The notes beneath the pieces are model-generated. The model saw only the letters and a program-made list of their open reading frames with translations. It was not told the origin of the DNA and made no database searches. From assembly GCA_048938895.1 (NCBI GenBank), contig JBHLLU010000089.1, forward strand, positions 1 through 11,931: a stretch of DNA of 11,931 bases. The letters run 5' to 3'. Made by a program: the position numbers and the translations under genes. Numbering within the stretch: the stretch's first letter is position 1; each line of letters begins with the position of its first letter. Positions 7,125-11,931 of this stretch are shown piece after piece. Source of the stretch: Promethearchaeota archaeon (GTDB taxonomy: Archaea; Asgardarchaeota; Lokiarchaeia; Sigyniarchaeales; SOKP01).

Positions 7125-8489
7125 ATGAACATAAGTAAAATTTTAGAAAATATTCCGGATTATACAGATTTTATGACAGTGGAGGAGCTTGATAATTCAA
7201 GTAGAAGATTGGCAAAAAAATTTAGTGGAGTGGAATTATCGGATGTGGGAAAATCTAGATTGGGGAGACCAATTTTATGCCTTAAAATAGGAGATGGAAA
7301 GAAAAAAGCCTTATTATTTGCCTTCCCTCATCCTAATGAACCAATTGGGAGCCTAACTGTCGAATTTCTAGCACAATACTTAGCAGAAAATCCAAATGTT
7401 ACAAAAGAGTTAGGTTATACTTGGTATTTGATTAAAGTTATTGATCCTGATGGAGCTGTTCTAAATGAAGGATGGTTCAAAGGGAAATTTAATCCAATTA
7501 AATATGCTCAGAACTATTATCGCCCTGCTCCTTATGAGCAAATTGAATGGACCTTTCCCATTAATTACAAGAAATTAAACTTTACAAACTCACCTCCAGA
7601 AACCCAAGCCTTGATGAGAATTATTGAAGAAGTAAAACCACTTTTTATGTACAGTTTACATAATGCTGGATTTTGTGGAATATACTGGTACGTATCCCAT
7701 AATTTGAAAACTATGTTTCCAGATTTGGTGAATCTTGTAGAAAAAGAAGGTTTGCCAATTCATCGTGGTGAACCTGAGGCTCCCTATATAAAGGCATTGT
7801 CACCTGCTATATATCAATTATTTGGGATACAAGAATCATATGATTTTTATGAGGAAAATGGAGTTAAGAATCCTGAAGAATTAATTAAAAACGGAACTTC
7901 ATCAGATGATTACCTTAAACAAATAACAAATGATAAAGGATTCACTTTGGTTTGTGAAATGCCTTATTTTTACGATAAAGCATTAGAAGACGATTCCCAG
8001 TCCAATTATGGTTATAGAGAAAAGAGATTAGAGTTTTTTGATTATTTTAAAAAGGTACATGAATTTGCCAAATCAAAATTTGAGCTTATTAGAAAGTATT
8101 GTAATAAAAGATCAAAAATTTTTACATCTGTTCTTGATTTTATTGATGAATTTGAAAAACGATTAGAACCGGAAATACAATTCACTAAAATATCAGATGA
8201 ATACAAGGGAAATGCAACAATTGCTCAAGCATTTGACCTGACAGTGGGGAATACATATTACACTACACTCCCAGTCGCAATGATCGCTCGGTTATGTGAT
8301 GAAGTTGCTACCAGTTTTCCTGACATGAAAGAAAAAGTACTAGAAATTAAAGAAGAATTAGATATATGGGTGGAGAAAACGATTGAAGATCTATTAACTA
8401 AGACCAATTTTAAAATAATCCCGATACAAAAGCTGGTAAAAATTCAAGTTGGGAGTGCTTTAATCGCAATGCAAAACCTTCTTGATTAG
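7125..8489 (+). CDS. M14 family zinc carboxypeptidase-like protein (cytoplasmic)
   Basis: VGKSRLGRPI, Zn motif HPNE (HxxE), IDPDG, third ligand SLHN and catalytic-type Glu in LVCEMPY. No signal peptide. Start is ATG 7125 or TTG 7107. Confidence 0.88.
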   Translation: MNISKILENIPDYTDFMTVEELDNSSRRLAKKFSGVELSDVGKSRLGRPILCLKIGDGKKKALLFAFPHPNEPIGSLTVEFLAQYLAENPNVTKELGYTWYLIKVIDPDGAVLNEGWFKGKFNPIKYAQNYYRPAPYEQIEWTFPINYKKLNFTNSPPETQALMRIIEEVKPLFMYSLHNAGFCGIYWYVSHNLKTMFPDLVNLVEKEGLPIHRGEPEAPYIKALSPAIYQLFGIQESYDFYEENGVKNPEELIKNGTSSDDYLKQITNDKGFTLVCEMPYFYDKALEDDSQSNYGYREKRLEFFDYFKKVHEFAKSKFELIRKYCNKRSKIFTSVLDFIDEFEKRLEPEIQFTKISDEYKGNATIAQAFDLTVGNTYYTTLPVAMIARLCDEVATSFPDMKEKVLEIKEELDIWVEKTIEDLLTKTNFKIIPIQKLVKIQVGSALIAMQNLLD

Positions 8490-9988
8490 GTGTGATTAAT
8501 GAATTTTTGGTAATTGTGGAGTTTTCTCAATACGATTGCCGCAGTCTCGAGGTTACCACCGAACACCAGTACTTGATTTTCATCATATATATCATAGATA
8601 GGATTCCCAAGACTTGGGGATAAAGAGATATAGATTAACTTTTTATTCGGATGGTTTTTAACTATTTCTATTTCATTTTCAGCAATTTGATCTAAATTAT
8701 CACCTCTCATCATCATCATCATTTCCTTCATTTGTTTACCTGTTTCATTAAAGGGTTTTAACCTATCAGTTCTTTCGATAAATGTGGTATTAGTCATGGT
8801 GAAAATGACATCAAAACAATCTGAATTCAACATTAATTCTATTACATTTTCATAAGCGTGAGGATTTCTCGTTGCAACCATGTCAACTGGATTATTATGA
8901 CTCCAATAGAAAGGAAGATGCTTTGATATATCTTCTATGAGTTTGGGACCATTTGGTTCAGTATTCAAATCAACTACATTTATTCCATGTTTCTCACATA
9001 GATCAGTAAGATGTACTATTATTCCACCACCTCCACTGACAATGCCTGCTCGCAAGGGATCACGAATAGGAAGTGGCAGAAGAGATTCTGCTCCTTTAAT
9101 CAGATAGAGAAATTCCATTAATTGATCTGCCAATATCACACCCGTTTGTTTAAATACAGATTTATACATATCTAATGAACCTGCGATAGAACCAGTGTGA
9201 CTATTGGCCGCTCTAGCGCCGGTTTTTGTAATACCTGCTTTAAGAAAAAGAATAGGCTTCTTTTTAGTAGTTTCTGAACATATTTCCTTAAATCTCCTAC
9301 CAGCTCGTAAACCTTCAGCGAATAAGGCAATGATTTTTGTTTCATCATCTTGAGCATAATACTGCAAATAATCTTCAAGTGTTAAAGAGGCTTCATTCCC
9401 ACTTGATACAAAATATCTAATTTTTTGAAGGGCATTACATAAAATCGTTCCCATAGTCCCTGATTGAGAAACTATCGAAATATTGCCTGGTTGAGGTATC
9501 ATAAAACCAAATCCTAAATGAAGAGGCGAAGATTTATCTTCTGATGAATAATATCCCATTGAATTTGGTCCTACGAAGATTAAACCCCCTTTCTCAGCAA
9601 TCTTTACTAATTCTTTATTTTCATTCTGCCGTTCCTCTGTTTTTACTTCCCCAAACCCTGCGGTGATGATGGCTGCGGCTCTAATATCATTTTCTATTGC
9701 TATTTTTACTGATTCTACTACAGCATGAGGAGGAACGACAATTCCTGCTAAATCAATTTTTTCTGGGCATTTTTCTAAAGAAGGATACACATCAAATCCC
9801 ATAATTTTTTTATTCTGGTATTTGGGGCTGGGGTTGATAGGATAAATTTTCTTATTAAATCCACATGCTAACATACTCATACCTACAAAAGCACCAATCT
9901 TCCCTAAACTGTTCGTAGCTCCAATGATCGCAACATTTTTCGGATTAAACATAATTTTCATTGTATCTAACTTTTCCTCGACATCCAT
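8486..9988 (-). CDS. NDP(ADP)-forming acyl-CoA synthetase / acetate-CoA ligase alpha subunit (CoA-binding)
   Basis: FNPKNVAIIGAT, IYPINP, IITAGFGE, GPNSMG, SQSG, VSSGNEA, phospho-His motif AANSHTGSIAG (His264) and NPVD. No ATP-grasp domain. GGAG RBS 9 nt upstream. Confidence 0.92.
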   Translation of the reverse strand: MDVEEKLDTMKIMFNPKNVAIIGATNSLGKIGAFVGMSMLACGFNKKIYPINPSPKYQNKKIMGFDVYPSLEKCPEKIDLAGIVVPPHAVVESVKIAIENDIRAAAIITAGFGEVKTEERQNENKELVKIAEKGGLIFVGPNSMGYYSSEDKSSPLHLGFGFMIPQPGNISIVSQSGTMGTILCNALQKIRYFVSSGNEASLTLEDYLQYYAQDDETKIIALFAEGLRAGRRFKEICSETTKKKPILFLKAGITKTGARAANSHTGSIAGSLDMYKSVFKQTGVILADQLMEFLYLIKGAESLLPLPIRDPLRAGIVSGGGGIIVHLTDLCEKHGINVVDLNTEPNGPKLIEDISKHLPFYWSHNNPVDMVATRNPHAYENVIELMLNSDCFDVIFTMTNTTFIERTDRLKPFNETGKQMKEMMMMMRGDNLDQIAENEIEIVKNHPNKKLIYISLSPSLGNPIYDIYDENQVLVFGGNLETAAIVLRKLHNYQKFINHT

Positions 9989-10000
9989 TTCATATTTCTC

Positions 10001-10258
10001 CTATAGTATAATTCTTTTGTGATATAATTGGTAAAAAGAAGGGTAATTAAAGAATTAAATGATTAAGATCCCTTTTAGACTTATTTGGATATTCGAAACA
10101 CATTAAAGAACCTCTTTATTATATAAAACCTAAAAATAAGGCTTGGGTGAAATCAATAAATTCTAAATATTTTAAATAATTCAAAACACTAATTAGATAT
10201 TGATGGTTTTGTAGTATAATTCTTTTTTTATTCTTTATTAAAAAGCATTATACTATAG
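10001..10258. repeat. Three-copy motif (cta)TAGTATAAT(T/G)CTTTT in the divergent ACD/AbfD-like intergenic region
   Basis: Copy 1 at 10001-10018 (+), copy 2 at 10212-10227 (+), copy 3 at 10240-10258 (-). Copies 1 and 2 share 15 identical nt. Copies 1 and 3 match at 17/18 inverted. Copies 2 and 3 form a 15/16 inverted repeat with a 12-nt spacer. Confidence 0.8.
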
Positions 10259-10305
10259 AACTTAGAATTATTTTTTTAGATTTAAATAACGAGGAGTTAG
10301 AAAAA

Positions 10306-11784
10306 ATGAGAACAAAAGAAGACTATATGAAAGCTTTAGGCAAAATGAAAGATAATATCTACTATAATGGTGAGCGGATTAATCGATTAGATGAAAGGCA
10401 GATTGATTGTATCAATACAATTGGTACCACCTATGATGTTGTTGATGATCCCGATTATAAGGATCTAATCTTTGCGAAATCACATCTTACTGGGGAAATT
10501 ATTAACCGATTTACACATGTACATCATAGTACCGAAGACCTTCATAAAAAGCAGGATCTAACCCGAAAAATCTGCCAGAAAGTGGGGGGATGTATCCAAC
10601 GTTGTATGGGTTGTGATGGAATGAATGCAGTATATAATGTGAGCTATGAAGCTGATAAATCGAATAATGGCGAAACTAATTATCATGAGAACTTCAAAAA
10701 ATGGCTAGAGAGATTTCAAAAGGAAGATTTAATAGCTGCTTGCGCTCAAACTGACGTGAAAGGTAATCGAATAAAGAGACCTGCAGATCAGGAAGATCCA
10801 GATATGTATGTTCGAGTTGTTGGAAAAAGAGATGATGGAATTATAGTTAGGGGTTGTAAACTTCATATCTCCGAAGCTTCAGTATCAGATGAGATAATAG
10901 TTGTTCCAACAAGGGCACTAAGGCCAGAGGATAAAGACTATGCCGTTGCATTTGCAATACCTGGTGATTATGAAGGAGTAAAACAAGTGGTGACAATTCA
11001 TAACCTTCGTGAAAGAGAATTTTTTAAACGTGGATTTGTCCCTGGTGCAACAGATTCTTATATAATATTTGATGATGTATTTGTACCATGGGAAAGGGTT
11101 TTTCTTTGTGGAGAATATCAACATGCTGGTACTTTAGCTTTATTATTTGCCCTATTCCATCGCCATAGCTATTCAGGATGTAAACCTGCGATAGGAGATC
11201 TAGTTGTGGGAACTGCAGCTTTAGCAGCAGAATATAATAATATTCATAGAGCATCTCATGTGAGAAGTAAGCTAGCTGAACTGATTATGGTCACAGAATT
11301 AGGTTATGCTGCCGGATACACAGCCTCAGATTTAGGTAAGCCAGAAGTCTATATGCCTGGGGTTGGTTTTATACCCTATGGTCCCGGAAGTTATATTCCA
11401 AATTCAATTTACTGCAATGTAGGGAGATGTTTATCAGGAGAAAATGTGTTTCGTGAGGCTGAAATCATAGTTGATCTTTCAGGAGGTATTCCAGCAACAT
11501 TTCCCTATGAGAGAGATTTTGTGAATCCGGAATTGAAGGAGCACCTTTATAAGTATATCACTAGAAATCCTAATATATCCCCCGAAAACGCCGCCCAATT
11601 TTGGCGCTATGTTGGGGATGTATACTGTTCCTCAACAGGAGGAGTACATCTTTTTGGGAGTTATCATGGCGGAGGCTCACCCGTAATGGAAAGTATAGCA
11701 ATTACGACTCAATACGATATTGAGTCTAGAAAAGATTTGGTAAAAAGAATCGCAGGCATTGATGATGAGTTAAATAAATCATAA
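10306..11784 (+). CDS. 4-hydroxybutyryl-CoA dehydratase-like protein (AbfD / 4-hydroxyphenylacetate 3-hydroxylase family; FAD, [4Fe-4S])
   Basis: INRFTH, CIQRC (Cys96/Cys100), AQTDVKGNR, HRHSYSGCK (His285/Cys292), FDDVFVPWERVFL and HGGGSP. All four cluster ligands are present, which favours AbfD-like over HpaB. GAGGAG RBS at 10291-10296. Confidence 0.88.
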   Translation: MRTKEDYMKALGKMKDNIYYNGERINRLDERQIDCINTIGTTYDVVDDPDYKDLIFAKSHLTGEIINRFTHVHHSTEDLHKKQDLTRKICQKVGGCIQRCMGCDGMNAVYNVSYEADKSNNGETNYHENFKKWLERFQKEDLIAACAQTDVKGNRIKRPADQEDPDMYVRVVGKRDDGIIVRGCKLHISEASVSDEIIVVPTRALRPEDKDYAVAFAIPGDYEGVKQVVTIHNLREREFFKRGFVPGATDSYIIFDDVFVPWERVFLCGEYQHAGTLALLFALFHRHSYSGCKPAIGDLVVGTAALAAEYNNIHRASHVRSKLAELIMVTELGYAAGYTASDLGKPEVYMPGVGFIPYGPGSYIPNSIYCNVGRCLSGENVFREAEIIVDLSGGIPATFPYERDFVNPELKEHLYKYITRNPNISPENAAQFWRYVGDVYCSSTGGVHLFGSYHGGGSPVMESIAITTQYDIESRKDLVKRIAGIDDELNKS

Positions 11785-11789
11785 AACTA

Positions 11790-11818
11790 ATTTTTTTCCT
11801 TTTATTTTTTTATTATTT
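11790..11818 (+). terminator. Oligo-T archaeal-type terminator between convergent genes
   Basis: Successive T tracts immediately after the TAA at 11784. Confidence 0.5.
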
Positions 11819-11827
11819 CATAACTTC

Positions 11828-11931
11828 TTAGAAGAAATCGCCTATTAATTTCAAATAACCTTCACTCTTCAAAAAATCTTTGACATTTGCATTGTTTGAA
11901 ACATATTCCTTTAAAATTTCTTGCTGAAAAA
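11828..11931 (-). CDS. 3' end of an unidentified gene entering from the right edge (partial)
   Basis: Open minus frame ...FQQEILKEYVSNNANVKDFLKSEGYLKLIGDFF* ending at TAA 11830-11828, with protein-like composition. Too short to assign a family. Confidence 0.6.
   Translation of the reverse strand, partial: FQQEILKEYVSNNANVKDFLKSEGYLKLIGDFF

Noticed and set aside
9172-9378. Alternate-frame 68-aa ORF inside the ACD gene
   Set aside because: Nested out of frame in a conserved gene, with no independent support.
9967-9993. Out-of-frame ATG 5 nt upstream of the ACD start giving MKWMSRKS*
   Set aside because: RBS spacing (4 nt versus 9 nt) favours the real start. No evidence for a regulatory peptide.
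10001-10258. CRISPR-like interpretation of the intergenic repeats
   Set aside because: The repeats are too short, irregularly spaced and in mixed orientation, and there are no cas genes.
10918-11254. Minus-strand ORFs 10918..11124 and 11024..11254
   Set aside because: Antisense to the AbfD-like gene.
10306-11784. Annotation as 4-hydroxyphenylacetate 3-monooxygenase HpaB
   Set aside because: All four [4Fe-4S] ligands are present, which HpaB lacks, and there is no flavin reductase nearby.

Overview
AT-rich (roughly 30% GC by eye), densely coding window. It looks like a chromosomal metabolic region of an anaerobic archaeon. Composition, GGAG/GGTGA-type ribosome-binding sites, oligo-T 3' ends and gene content suggest Asgard/Lokiarchaeia, but that is inference only. 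Genes from left to right: (1) a LuxE-like acyl-protein synthetase running off the left edge (minus strand, missing from the ORF track); (2) a TM-HTH-zinc-ribbon protein; (3) a DUF401 membrane protein; (4) a FATP/SLC27-type long-chain acyl-CoA synthetase; (5) an ArsR-like wHTH regulator plus a PAP2-like membrane protein, divergent from an NDT/TIR-like small protein; (6) a double-ACT protein; (7) a 2-TM microprotein; (8) an M14 zinc peptidase; (9) a stand-alone ADP-forming acyl-CoA synthetase alpha subunit, divergent from an AbfD-like (4-hydroxybutyryl-CoA dehydratase family) Fe-S flavoprotein; (10) the 3' end of another gene at the right edge. I saw no rRNA, tRNA, CRISPR array or transposase. 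The most notable items are a three-copy 15-18 bp repeat/inverted-repeat element between the ACD and AbfD-like genes, whose TATAGTATA core recurs upstream of two other genes; catalytic-residue substitutions in the AbfD-like protein; the LuxE-like gene with an SSCTTG loop and a probable non-ATG start; and a membrane-tethered HTH protein.
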